DNA of 64,000 nt from Actinomycetes bacterium (GTDB taxonomy: Bacteria; Actinomycetota; Coriobacteriia; Anaerosomatales; JAGXFU01), in assembly GCA_024637115.1 (NCBI GenBank), contig JAGXFU010000008.1, forward strand, positions 170,083-234,082, in the 5' to 3' direction. Under the pieces are notes generated by a model that saw only the letters and a list, made by a program, of their open reading frames with translations, was not told where the DNA came from and did not search any database. Position numbers and translations under genes: made by a program. This document shows, piece by piece, positions 1-10,065 of this stretch; position 1 is the stretch's first letter; every line of letters starts with the position of its first letter.

Positions 1-474
1 ATCGGCGCACAGGCCGGTCGCCCCGATGCACTCGTGATCGATATCGCGGGTGACGGGTCGATTCAGATGAACAGCCAGGAGATGGCTACGGCGGCAATCG
101 ACAAGCTGCCCGTGAAGGTCGTCTTGCTCAACAACGGCTACCTCGGCATGGTTCGTCAGTGGCAGGAGCTCTTTTATGGCAAGCGCTACAGCGCCTCCGT
201 TCTTGGCCAGGAGAACCCCGATTTCGTGAAACTGGCTGATGCATACGGATGGCTCGGCATACGCGTCACCGACCCCAAAGATGTCGATGACGCGCTCAAG
301 CAGGCGTTCGACCATGATGGTCCGGCGTTCATCGACTTCCGGGTCGTGCGCGAAGAGTGCGTGTTCCCCATGGTCGCACCGGGCGGCTCGATCGACGAGA
401 TGCTCGGCGGCGTGCCCGGATGCGCGGTATCCGAGATGCTTGACGACGAGCTCCTTGAGGAGGTGTGGGAGTAA
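1..474 (+). CDS. ilvB: acetolactate synthase large subunit, C-terminal part (5' end outside window)
   Basis: The frame-1 ORF is open to base 1. The translation ...VIDIAGDGSIQMNSQEMATA...GYLGMVRQWQELFY... is the ThDP-binding C-terminal region typical of ALS large subunits. It is followed by ilvN and ilvC. Confidence 0.9.
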   Translation: MGAQAGRPDALVIDIAGDGSIQMNSQEMATAAIDKLPVKVVLLNNGYLGMVRQWQELFYGKRYSASVLGQENPDFVKLADAYGWLGIRVTDPKDVDDALKQAFDHDGPAFIDFRVVREECVFPMVAPGGSIDEMLGGVPGCAVSEMLDDELLEEVWE

Positions 475-476
475 TC

Positions 477-1972
<1,496 letters not shown>

Positions 1973-1986
1973 GGGGGACTCTGAGA

Positions 1987-3132
1987 ATGCAGAAGAAGTA
2001 CCTGATGACACCGGGCCCGACCCCGGTGCCGGCCGAGGTGCTGCTCACCCAGAGCGCGCCAATGATCCATCACCGTACGCCGGACTTCTCGGCAACGCTG
2101 ATGGGCGCTGTTGCGGGTCTCAAGTACGTGTTTCAGACCGAAGGTGACGTGCTGGTCATGGCGTGCTCCGGCACGGGTGTGATGGAGGCATCGATCTCCA
2201 ACTGCTTCTGCGCGGGCGATACGATCATCGTTACCCGCAACGGCAAGTTCGGCGACCGCATGAAGCAGCTCGCCGAGGTATATGGCCTGAACGTCGTCGA
2301 TCTGTCGTATGAATGGACCCAGGTGGTGAGTCCCGCCGACGTGGCGGCCGCCCTTGAGGCGAATCCGGATGCTCGCGGCGTTGTCGTGACGCAGTCAGAG
2401 ACGTCAAGCGGGGTGCTCAACGACGTCAAGGCGATCGGCGAGATCGTTGCCGGCTACCCTGACTGCGTGTTCATCGTTGACAGCATCACCGGCATTGGAG
2501 CTGTTGAGTGCAAGACAGATGCATGGAACCTCGACGTTGTCATGACCGGCTCCCAGAAGGGTCTCATGCTCCCGCCGGGTCTTGCTGCATGCACGGTCTC
2601 GGAGAAGGCATGGCGTGCCTATGAGCGCTCCACGCTTCCCAAGTATTACTTTGACTGGAAGAAGTACAAGAAGTCGCTCGACAAAGACACAACACCGTTC
2701 ACGCCCGCCGTCTCGCTCATCATCGGCCTGGCCAAGGCGCTCGAGATGATTCGCGACGAGGGCATCGAGAACACCATCGCCCGCCATTCGCGTCTTGCCG
2801 AGGCAACCCGTCGCGGGTGCGAGGCTCTCGGCATGAAGCTCTTTGCGCCACCGGAGGGACGCGGTTCCGCGGTCACTCCTGTCTGGGTACCAGAGGGAGT
2901 CGATGGCAAGGCGATCGTCAAGATCATGAAGGAGAAGCACGGCGTTACCATCGCCGGCGGACAAGATGACTATGTGGGCCGCATCTTCCGTGTGGGTCAC
3001 CTTGGGTACTTCGGCGACTTTGACATCATCATCACCCTTTCGGCGCTCGAGATGACGCTCGCCGAGTTGGGATACGAGTTCGACCGTGGTGCCGGCATCG
3101 TTGCGGCACAGACCGTGTTTATGGGGGAGTAA
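1987..3132 (+). CDS. class V (AGXT/serine-glyoxylate family) aminotransferase, probable phosphoserine aminotransferase analogue
   Basis: Has the N-terminal LMTPGPTPVP and the PLP-lysine context TGSQKGLMLPPG. It lies immediately upstream of serA. Confidence 0.8.
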   Translation: MQKKYLMTPGPTPVPAEVLLTQSAPMIHHRTPDFSATLMGAVAGLKYVFQTEGDVLVMACSGTGVMEASISNCFCAGDTIIVTRNGKFGDRMKQLAEVYGLNVVDLSYEWTQVVSPADVAAALEANPDARGVVVTQSETSSGVLNDVKAIGEIVAGYPDCVFIVDSITGIGAVECKTDAWNLDVVMTGSQKGLMLPPGLAACTVSEKAWRAYERSTLPKYYFDWKKYKKSLDKDTTPFTPAVSLIIGLAKALEMIRDEGIENTIARHSRLAEATRRGCEALGMKLFAPPEGRGSAVTPVWVPEGVDGKAIVKIMKEKHGVTIAGGQDDYVGRIFRVGHLGYFGDFDIIITLSALEMTLAELGYEFDRGAGIVAAQTVFMGE

Positions 3133-3141
3133 GGGGTAACG

Positions 3142-4722
3142 ATGAAGGTACTGGTAGCGGAGAAGATCGCAACAAGCGGTGTTGAGCTGTTAAAGACCGA
3201 GTTCGATGTTGAGGTCAAACTCGATCTCACACCTGAGCAGCTTGTGGCCGAGATCCCGGGCTATGATGCGTTGATCGTGCGCTCGGCGACCCGAGCGACC
3301 AGAGAGGTTATCGAGGCCGGCACAAGTCTCAAGATCATCGGACGAGCAGGTGTTGGCGTGGACAATGTCGATGTCCAGGCGGCGACAGAGCGCGGCATCA
3401 TCGTGTGCAATGCGCCGACCTCGAACATCGTATCGGCTGCCGAGCACACCGTAGCGCTCATGCTGGCTCAGTCACGCAATATCCCACAGGCTGCAGCGAG
3501 CATGCGCGAGTGTAAGTGGGAGCGCTCAAAGTTCACGGGCTCAGAGCTCTATGAGAAGACGCTGGCTATCTTTGGCCTTGGTCGTATCGGCGGACTTGTC
3601 GCCGATCGGGCGCGCAGCTTTGGTATGCGTCTCATTGGATATGACCCCTACACCACGCCCGAGCGTGCCCAGGCAATGGGTGTCACGCTCATGGACAGTG
3701 TCGACGACATCCTTGCCGAGGCTGACTACATCACCGTTCATCTTCCCAAGACCAAAGAGACGATCGGCATGTTCGGTCCGGAGCAGTTCGCCAAGATGAA
3801 AGACGGCGTTCGTCTCATCAACACCGCTCGAGGCGGAATCTATCAGGATGCCGCGTTGATCGAAGCCCTGGAGAGCGGCAAAGTCGCCAGCGCAGCGATC
3901 GACGTCTACGAGCAGGAACCGTGCACGGATTCACCTCTCGCGGGACTTGAGAACGTCATTCTCACTCCGCACCTGGGCGCGAGCACCTCAGAGGCCCAGG
4001 ATCGCGCCGGAGAGCAGATTGCCGAGTTCGTGGCCGCCGGTCTTCGCGGCGAGATGGTCCCGACTGCGGTCAATATCGCTCCGGTGGCCCCCGAGGTCTA
4101 CGAGAAGGTCGGTCCCTACATCCAGCTTTCCGAGAACCTCGGCAAGATGGTCGCTCAGATGGCTCACGGCGGCGTTGAGTCGCTTGAGACGCTCTTTGTC
4201 GGCTCGCTCGCTGAGACCGACACACGCATTCTCAAGACGGCCGTACTCAAAGGCATGCTCACCGTTGTCGGCGCTGAGTCGGTCAACTTCGTCAATGCCG
4301 ACTTTTACGCCGAGCAGCGCGGGATTCAGGTCACTGAGACGAAGCGCTCCGAGACGCATGACTATGTCGCGATGGTCGTTGTCAAAGCTCATACGCCCGA
4401 AGGTCCGATCGAGATCGGCGCCACGCTAATGGGCAAGAAGAATGAGCCGCGTCTCGTGTCGCTGTACGGATTCGATCTCGACATGATTCCTTCGCAGCAC
4501 ATGTCGTTCTTCCTTTACGAGGATCGCCCGGGCATGATCGGCAAGGTCGGCACGGTTCTCGGAGCGCACGACATCAACATCGGCGCGATGCAGGTCGGTC
4601 GCGAGAGGCAGGGTGGTACGGCACTCATGGGTATCAATGTCGATATCCCCGTGCCGAGAGAGACGCTCAACAAGATCATTGCCGAGGCGGGAATCGAGAG
4701 CGCCTGGAGTGTCGAGCTATAA
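3142..4722 (+). CDS. serA: D-3-phosphoglycerate dehydrogenase (long form with C-terminal ACT domain)
   Basis: 526 aa with the [13 protein letters not shown]-binding motif and 2-hydroxyacid dehydrogenase catalytic region. The C-terminal ACT-like segment reads [16 protein letters not shown]. Confidence 0.9.
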   Translation: MKVLVAEKIATSGVELLKTEFDVEVKLDLTPEQLVAEIPGYDALIVRSATRATREVIEAGTSLKIIGRAGVGVDNVDVQAATERGIIVCNAPTSNIVSAAEHTVALMLAQSRNIPQAAASMRECKWERSKFTGSELYEKTLAIFGLGRIGGLVADRARSFGMRLIGYDPYTTPERAQAMGVTLMDSVDDILAEADYITVHLPKTKETIGMFGPEQFAKMKDGVRLINTARGGIYQDAALIEALESGKVASAAIDVYEQEPCTDSPLAGLENVILTPHLGASTSEAQDRAGEQIAEFVAAGLRGEMVPTAVNIAPVAPEVYEKVGPYIQLSENLGKMVAQMAHGGVESLETLFVGSLAETDTRILKTAVLKGMLTVVGAESVNFVNADFYAEQRGIQVTETKRSETHDYVAMVVVKAHTPEGPIEIGATLMGKKNEPRLVSLYGFDLDMIPSQHMSFFLYEDRPGMIGKVGTVLGAHDINIGAMQVGRERQGGTALMGINVDIPVPRETLNKIIAEAGIESAWSVEL

Positions 4723-4723
4723 A

Positions 4724-4782
4724 GACATCGCCCCTGAGGGTAGAGGGTGGTCGCACATCCGTGCGGCCGCCCCCGCGATGTC
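4724..4782 (+). promoter_or_regulatory. nested GC-rich stem-loop in the serA-leuA spacer
   Basis: Outer arms GACATCGC (4724-4731) and GCGATGTC (4775-4782) enclose inner arms GGTCGCAC (4749-4756) and GTGCGGCC (4761-4768) with loop ATCC. There is no U-tract. Confidence 0.35.
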
Positions 4783-4799
4783 GATAAGGAGACCAGCCA

Positions 4800-6344
4800 G
4801 TGAGTACCGACAAAGTCTATATATTCGATACAACGCTTCGGGATGGCGAGCAGTCGCCCGGCGCGAGCATGAACACCGATGAGAAGCTCGAGATCGCCCG
4901 ACAGTTGGTGCGTCTCGGAGTCGACGTGATCGAGGCGGGTTTTCCGATCTCGAGTCCCGGGGACTTCGAGAGCGTGCGACGGATCGGCGAGGAGGTCGGC
5001 GACGCGTGTGTGGTGTGTGCTCTGTCGCGCGCCGTGCCCAAGGATATCGAGCGAGCGGCCGAGGCTCTCAAAACGGCCGTCCGCCCGCGAATCCACACCG
5101 GTATCGGCGTGAGCCAGTCCCACCTTCGCGACAAATTGCGTATCTCCGAAGACACCGCCGTTGAACGTGGTGTCGCCGCAGTCAAGCTCGCGCGCAACTT
5201 TGTCGATGATGTCGAGTTCTATGCCGAAGATGCCGGACGCGCTGAACCGGCATTCCTGTATCGCATGATTCAGGAAGTCATCGCTGCAGGTGCGACGGTC
5301 GTGAATATCCCGGACACCACGGGCTATGCGTATCCGGAGAACTTCGGCGCACTCATCGCGGGCCTCGTTGAGCATGTGAGCGGTATCGAGAAGGCAATCA
5401 TCTCAGTGCACTGTCACAACGATCTCGGCATGGCCACAGCCAACGCTCTCGCGGGCGTGGCCGGCGGCGCGCGTCAGATCGAGTGCACGATCAACGGCCT
5501 TGGCGAACGTGCGGGCAACACGGCCATGGAGGAAGTCGTCATGGCGCTTCGCCAGCGACAGGATGTCTTTGGAGCGGATAGCACGGTCAATTCGCGCGAG
5601 ATCATGCGTACCTCACGACTTGTATCGAGCATCACCGGCATCAACGTCCAGCCGAACAAGGCGATTGTGGGAGCCAACGCGTTCGCGCACAGCAGCGGCA
5701 TTCACCAGGATGGGGTGCTCAAGGAGCGTTCCACCTACGAGATCATCGATCCTGCCGACGTTGGCGTAGGCGGCTCGAGCATCGTGCTGACCGCGCGCAG
5801 CGGGCGTCATGCCTTGAAGCATCGGCTCGAAGAGCTCGGATTCTCGCTGGCCGAGGCCGAGTTTGAGCCAGTCTATGATGCATTCCTCGAACTCGCTGAC
5901 AAGAAGAAGGAAGTCTACGACGAGGACCTTGAGGCGCTCGTTGGCGAACAGGAGCGGACAGTTCGCGAGGAGTTTCATATGGAGTCCGTGCAGGTCGTGT
6001 GTGGTGAGCCCGGTATCCCGACGGCTACCGTCGAGCTTGTCGATCGTGAGGGAAACCACATGATCGACTCAAGCCACGGTACCGGACCCGTCGACGCAGT
6101 CTATAAGGCGATCAACCGCATGATCGATGTGGAGAACGACCTGACGGAGTTCTCCGTGAAGTCGGTCACGCGTGGTATCGACGCACTTGGAGAAGTCACC
6201 ATTCGGGTGCGCGCCGCCGACGACCGCGTATTCACCGGCCGAGGAGCCCACAGCGACATCATCGTGGCCTCGGCAAAAGCGTATACGAACGCATTGAACA
6301 GGCTGCTAATCAGCCAGAGGAAGATCGTCGAAGAGGAGTTGTGA
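4800..6344 (+). CDS. leuA: 2-isopropylmalate synthase
   Basis: GTG start. Has the N-terminal [14 protein letters not shown] and HxH metal site ([10 protein letters not shown]), plus a C-terminal LeuA regulatory domain. 514 aa. Confidence 0.9.
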   Translation: MSTDKVYIFDTTLRDGEQSPGASMNTDEKLEIARQLVRLGVDVIEAGFPISSPGDFESVRRIGEEVGDACVVCALSRAVPKDIERAAEALKTAVRPRIHTGIGVSQSHLRDKLRISEDTAVERGVAAVKLARNFVDDVEFYAEDAGRAEPAFLYRMIQEVIAAGATVVNIPDTTGYAYPENFGALIAGLVEHVSGIEKAIISVHCHNDLGMATANALAGVAGGARQIECTINGLGERAGNTAMEEVVMALRQRQDVFGADSTVNSREIMRTSRLVSSITGINVQPNKAIVGANAFAHSSGIHQDGVLKERSTYEIIDPADVGVGGSSIVLTARSGRHALKHRLEELGFSLAEAEFEPVYDAFLELADKKKEVYDEDLEALVGEQERTVREEFHMESVQVVCGEPGIPTATVELVDREGNHMIDSSHGTGPVDAVYKAINRMIDVENDLTEFSVKSVTRGIDALGEVTIRVRAADDRVFTGRGAHSDIIVASAKAYTNALNRLLISQRKIVEEEL

Positions 6345-7615
6345 GCATGCCCCGACCCATGACCATCACCGAGAAGATCCTTGCGGCCCACTCCGGCCTT
6401 GATGAGGTGACTCCCGGACAGCTCATAGAGTGCGATCTCGACATCGTGCTTTCCAATGATGTGACTGCGCCGATCGCGATCAAGGAGTTCCGCAAGACCG
6501 GTCTGGACAAGGTCTGGGATCCCACCAAGATCGCGCTTGTTCCCGATCACTACACGCCAAACAAGGACATCAAGAGCGCCGAGCAGGCCAAGATGATGCG
6601 TGACTTCGTGCGCGAGCAGGAGATCACTCATTACTATGAGATCGGGTGCATGGGTGTCGAGCACGCACTTCTCCCGGAACAGGGCGTTGTTGGCGCGGGC
6701 GATGTGATTATCGGAGCCGATAGTCATACCTGCACGTATGGTGCGCTCGGAGCATTTGCCACCGGTGTCGGATCGACCGATGCCGCGGCAGGCATGGCAA
6801 CGGGTCAGGCATGGTTCAAGGTGCCTGCATCGCTCAAGTTCAACATCACCGGCGAACTGAGTGAGTGGGTGAGCGGCAAGGACGTTATCCTGCACATCAT
6901 TGGCATGATCGGGGTCGATGGTGCGCTCTATCAGTCGATGGAGTTCACCGGCGACACCATCGAGCGTATGGGCATGGATGATCGCATGACGATCTGCAAC
7001 ATGGCTATCGAGGCTGGCGGCAAGTCCGGCATCATTGCGGTCGATGACACCACCCGTGCGTATATGACCGACCGCGTGGAGCGCGAGTGGACCGAGTACT
7101 TCTCGGATCCGGATTCCGAGTACGCACAGGTCTATGAGATCGACGCTGCTGCGATCAAGCCGACCGTTGCGTTCCCGCATCTCCCTTCGAACACACGAAA
7201 TGCCGAGGATGCACGTGATATCTGGGTCGATCAGGTGGTCATCGGATCGTGCACGAACGGACGCATCGAAGACATGCGCATCGCAGCGAGCATCCTCAAA
7301 GGACGCAAGGCACACGAGAATGTGCGCCTGATCATCATTCCGGCCACCCAGGAGATCTATCGCCAGGCCATGCACGAGGGCTTGTTCGACATCTTCCTGG
7401 ATGCGAATGCGGCAGTCTCAACGCCTACCTGTGGTCCGTGTCTTGGCGGCCACATGGGCATCCTTGCGGCGGGAGAGCGTGCGGTGGCCACCACCAATCG
7501 CAACTTCGTCGGTCGAATGGGCGACCCCACGAGCGAGGTCTATCTGAGCTCACCTGCCGTGGCCGCGGCAACCGCGATCGCAGGACATATCGCGCTTCCT
7601 GGCGACCTGGGGTAA
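6341..7615 (+). CDS. leuC: 3-isopropylmalate dehydratase large subunit (short, about 420-aa type)
   Basis: Aconitase-family motifs are present ([29 protein letters not shown]). The GTG at 6341 overlaps the leuA stop, and an alternative ATG lies at 6347. Confidence 0.9.
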   Translation: MSMPRPMTITEKILAAHSGLDEVTPGQLIECDLDIVLSNDVTAPIAIKEFRKTGLDKVWDPTKIALVPDHYTPNKDIKSAEQAKMMRDFVREQEITHYYEIGCMGVEHALLPEQGVVGAGDVIIGADSHTCTYGALGAFATGVGSTDAAAGMATGQAWFKVPASLKFNITGELSEWVSGKDVILHIIGMIGVDGALYQSMEFTGDTIERMGMDDRMTICNMAIEAGGKSGIIAVDDTTRAYMTDRVEREWTEYFSDPDSEYAQVYEIDAAAIKPTVAFPHLPSNTRNAEDARDIWVDQVVIGSCTNGRIEDMRIAASILKGRKAHENVRLIIIPATQEIYRQAMHEGLFDIFLDANAAVSTPTCGPCLGGHMGILAAGERAVATTNRNFVGRMGDPTSEVYLSSPAVAAATAIAGHIALPGDLG

Positions 7616-7816
7616 TATCACTCCACTACCAATGTTCATCTAGATTCATACTTGGTCTGGTATTTGCATTGGTATCAGTCGGCGAATCAAACGAAACACT
7701 ATGTGCAACGTGGGAGAGATTGCAGCTTGCTCACGCATGGTGTTTCCGCGCCCGCACTGAGTTAGGACTCCGTTTCTGTTCGCGGATGTGAATTCAATAG
7801 CGCTTCGGAGGGTGCA

Positions 7817-8659
7817 ATGCCTGAGTCGAATCAAGATCACAACGACCCGAATGAGGTTCAATTGGATAGAGAAGACGCCGTCTCGGACGCCTCTGAAGAC
7901 GTTGTTGATGCAGCAAGTCCCCCGGCTAGACCGGGAATCTTCGCTGATCCGGTTGTGCGAAGGTTGTCGTGGCTAGGCGGTCTCATGCTGGTGGCATTCC
8001 TCGCAGCCGTTGCATCGGCACTACTGTTCGGTGTGCTCAATCCGCCGGCTCCCCGTACCGCGAGCGAGCGAGATCTCAAGCTTGCTGAGACACAGATCGA
8101 TGCCGGAAGCACCGAGCCCGAAGTGTGGTTCTCCTACATTTCTGCGTTGATTTCCACCGATCAGTACTCAAAAGCTGAACGGATGATCAACAAGGCGCGA
8201 GATGCGGGCTACGAAGATCCCGCTAAGCAGTATTTGCTTGTTGCACAGGTGCGTCTTGATCTGGCGCGAGAAGAATACCAGGCGGCGCTTGACGACTCCG
8301 ACTTGGCTATCCAGGCGCTTGAGGCGCAGCTGGTGATCGAGGAGGAGCAGTTCGCCGGTACCAAGACGCCAACGGTGATGATTGCCGAGGGGCTTGGTGA
8401 GAACTACGAGACGCTCTTACTGAACCGGGCTGAGGCCTTCGAGAACCTCGGCCAGTCAGAAGATGCGATCGCCGCTCTCGATGAGTATCTGCTCAAAAAC
8501 GAGCGAGCCGCGGATATTCTCGTATGGAGAGGTGACCTGAAATCTGCCGCGGGCGATACTCAGGGGGCGATATCTGACTACGAGAACGCCTCCCAGTACA
8601 TGCCCGGTGACGAGGAAATCCTTAAGAAGCTAGCAGAACTGGGAGCAACAGATGGCTAA
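7817..8659 (+). CDS. membrane-anchored TPR-like repeat protein (module 1, gene 1)
   Basis: GGAGGG Shine-Dalgarno upstream. An acidic N-terminus is followed by one TM helix (WLGGLMLVAFLAAVASALLFGVL), the invariant LNPPAPRTA, then helical TPR-like repeats. It is a paralogue of 18850-19626. Confidence 0.75.
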   Translation: MPESNQDHNDPNEVQLDREDAVSDASEDVVDAASPPARPGIFADPVVRRLSWLGGLMLVAFLAAVASALLFGVLNPPAPRTASERDLKLAETQIDAGSTEPEVWFSYISALISTDQYSKAERMINKARDAGYEDPAKQYLLVAQVRLDLAREEYQAALDDSDLAIQALEAQLVIEEEQFAGTKTPTVMIAEGLGENYETLLLNRAEAFENLGQSEDAIAALDEYLLKNERAADILVWRGDLKSAAGDTQGAISDYENASQYMPGDEEILKKLAELGATDG

Positions 8660-9935
8660 GGCAGTACTCCATGACCAGTCGGGCTCAGCCGCTCATCTAG
8701 ACACAGACGAGTCGGGAGACCGGACCGTCAAGTCGAAGCGAGGTCGTCGGCTGGTAACCGTCATTCTCATCTTCTTGTTCCTGCTGCTGTGCGCGGCTTC
8801 GTACTTCTTGTTGAGGCTCGTTGTGCCTGCGGGAGATATTGCCACGAGCGATGAGGCGGGCGGTATCACGTGGGTGCGTTCGATATATGGATGGGGTCCG
8901 GGTCCGGATCAACAGTTGAGCAGACCTGGTGCCGTGGCGATCGCAGGAGACGGGACGATTCTTGTTCCTCAGATTTCCGGTAATGCTCAGGTACTTCGGT
9001 TCAACCCCGACGGGTCGTTCGACGGATCCTTCGACGGGGGAGAAGACGAAGGCCGCATACTCTATCCGACCGGCATTCGAGTAGGTCCTGACGGTGCTAT
9101 CTATGTCGTACAAACGACTCAAGGGAATCTGCTCAAGCTATCCCCTGACGGGAACGAGACGATCTTCGCCCTCGACGTGGTCGAGCCGAGTTCCGTTGCT
9201 GTCGCCGCTGACAGAATCGTGGTGGGTGCCAAAGAAGGATTCGCGATCCTCGACCTGGACGGTACTCCCGTCAACGTGATTGGAACCGGCGGATTCGCCG
9301 ATGATCAGTTCGATACCGTGTCCGGTGTCGCCATTGACGACAACGGTGACATCTACATCGTTGACACGTACAACAACCGAATCAGCAAGTACGACCAGGA
9401 CGGTCAGCGCATCTGGATCGTCACGACCGGTAATCCCGGCAACCAGAGCGCCAATCAGGGCGGGGGCAGTGTAAACGTCGAGACGGATGCTCCTGCCGGA
9501 ATGCAGACCCCCGGCACGGCCGTAATCGACGGCAATGGTCGTCTCGTGGTATTGGACATGCTCGACTTCTCCTTGGCGGTATTCGATTCCGAGAATGGTG
9601 ACTTTCTCGAGAAGTACGGGACGTTTGGCGCCGAAGAAGGCAAGTTCGTATACCCATCTGGCATCGCATACGACGCCGAGCGCGATTGGTTCGCAATCGG
9701 GGATCTGGGCAACGACAGGGTTCAGATTGTTCGCATTCCGGGTTCCTCGAGTTCTTCGCTGCTGCCGACAGCCAGACGCGCCCTCTCTGGGGCGCTCAGA
9801 GCTCTGCTCCTGCCGCTCATCCTGCTGCTGCTCGCTCTCGGATACTGGATCTATCGGAAAGTCCGTGAGCGACGCGCGAATCGTTTGGAGATGCACGAAT
9901 TCTCGGATGAGCATACACTTGAGAGCGCTGAATAG
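8652..9935 (+). CDS. NHL-repeat beta-propeller protein with N- and C-terminal TM anchors (module 1, gene 2)
   Basis: Has an 8-nt overlap with the upstream gene. TM helices are LVTVILIFLFLLLCAASYFLL and ALLLPLILLLLALGYWIY. About six NHL-like blades are visible (e.g. FDTVSGVAIDDNGDIYIVDTYNNRISKYD). Confidence 0.8.
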   Translation: MAKAVLHDQSGSAAHLDTDESGDRTVKSKRGRRLVTVILIFLFLLLCAASYFLLRLVVPAGDIATSDEAGGITWVRSIYGWGPGPDQQLSRPGAVAIAGDGTILVPQISGNAQVLRFNPDGSFDGSFDGGEDEGRILYPTGIRVGPDGAIYVVQTTQGNLLKLSPDGNETIFALDVVEPSSVAVAADRIVVGAKEGFAILDLDGTPVNVIGTGGFADDQFDTVSGVAIDDNGDIYIVDTYNNRISKYDQDGQRIWIVTTGNPGNQSANQGGGSVNVETDAPAGMQTPGTAVIDGNGRLVVLDMLDFSLAVFDSENGDFLEKYGTFGAEEGKFVYPSGIAYDAERDWFAIGDLGNDRVQIVRIPGSSSSSLLPTARRALSGALRALLLPLILLLLALGYWIYRKVRERRANRLEMHEFSDEHTLESAE

Positions 9936-9971
9936 CCGAACAAACCACTGCTCCGTCTTAAGTGATTAAGG

Positions 9972-10000
9972 TTGCTTTAGGACGCCAAATGGAGCATAAT
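9972..10000 (+). promoter_or_regulatory. sigma-70-like promoter of hexahaem gene 1 (TTGCTT-N17-CATAAT)
   Basis: The -35 TTGCTT is at 9972-9977, followed by a 17-nt spacer and the -10 CATAAT at 9995-10000. It lies in the lower-GC spacer after the NHL gene. Confidence 0.5.
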
Positions 10001-10012
10001 GAGGGCTACTCA

Positions 10013-10059
10013 TGAGGATTCTGTCCTCAGGTAAGAATACTGTTCTCGGAACGGAGGTG
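10013..10059 (+). promoter_or_regulatory. structured leader conserved with 21004-21039
   Basis: Contains hairpin TGAGGA-ttctg-TCCTCA (10013-10029), imperfect inverted repeat AAGAAT-act-GTTCTC (10033-10047), and the block TTCTCGGAAcGGaGGTG (10043-10059). The block is shared with copy 2 at identical spacing to the ATG. Confidence 0.4.
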
Positions 10060-10065
10060 ATATAT

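Noticed and set aside
6101-7375. A 424-aa minus-strand ORF, the same length as leuC.
   Set aside because: It is the antisense shadow of leuC and the end of leuA. The aconitase-family motifs are all on the plus strand.
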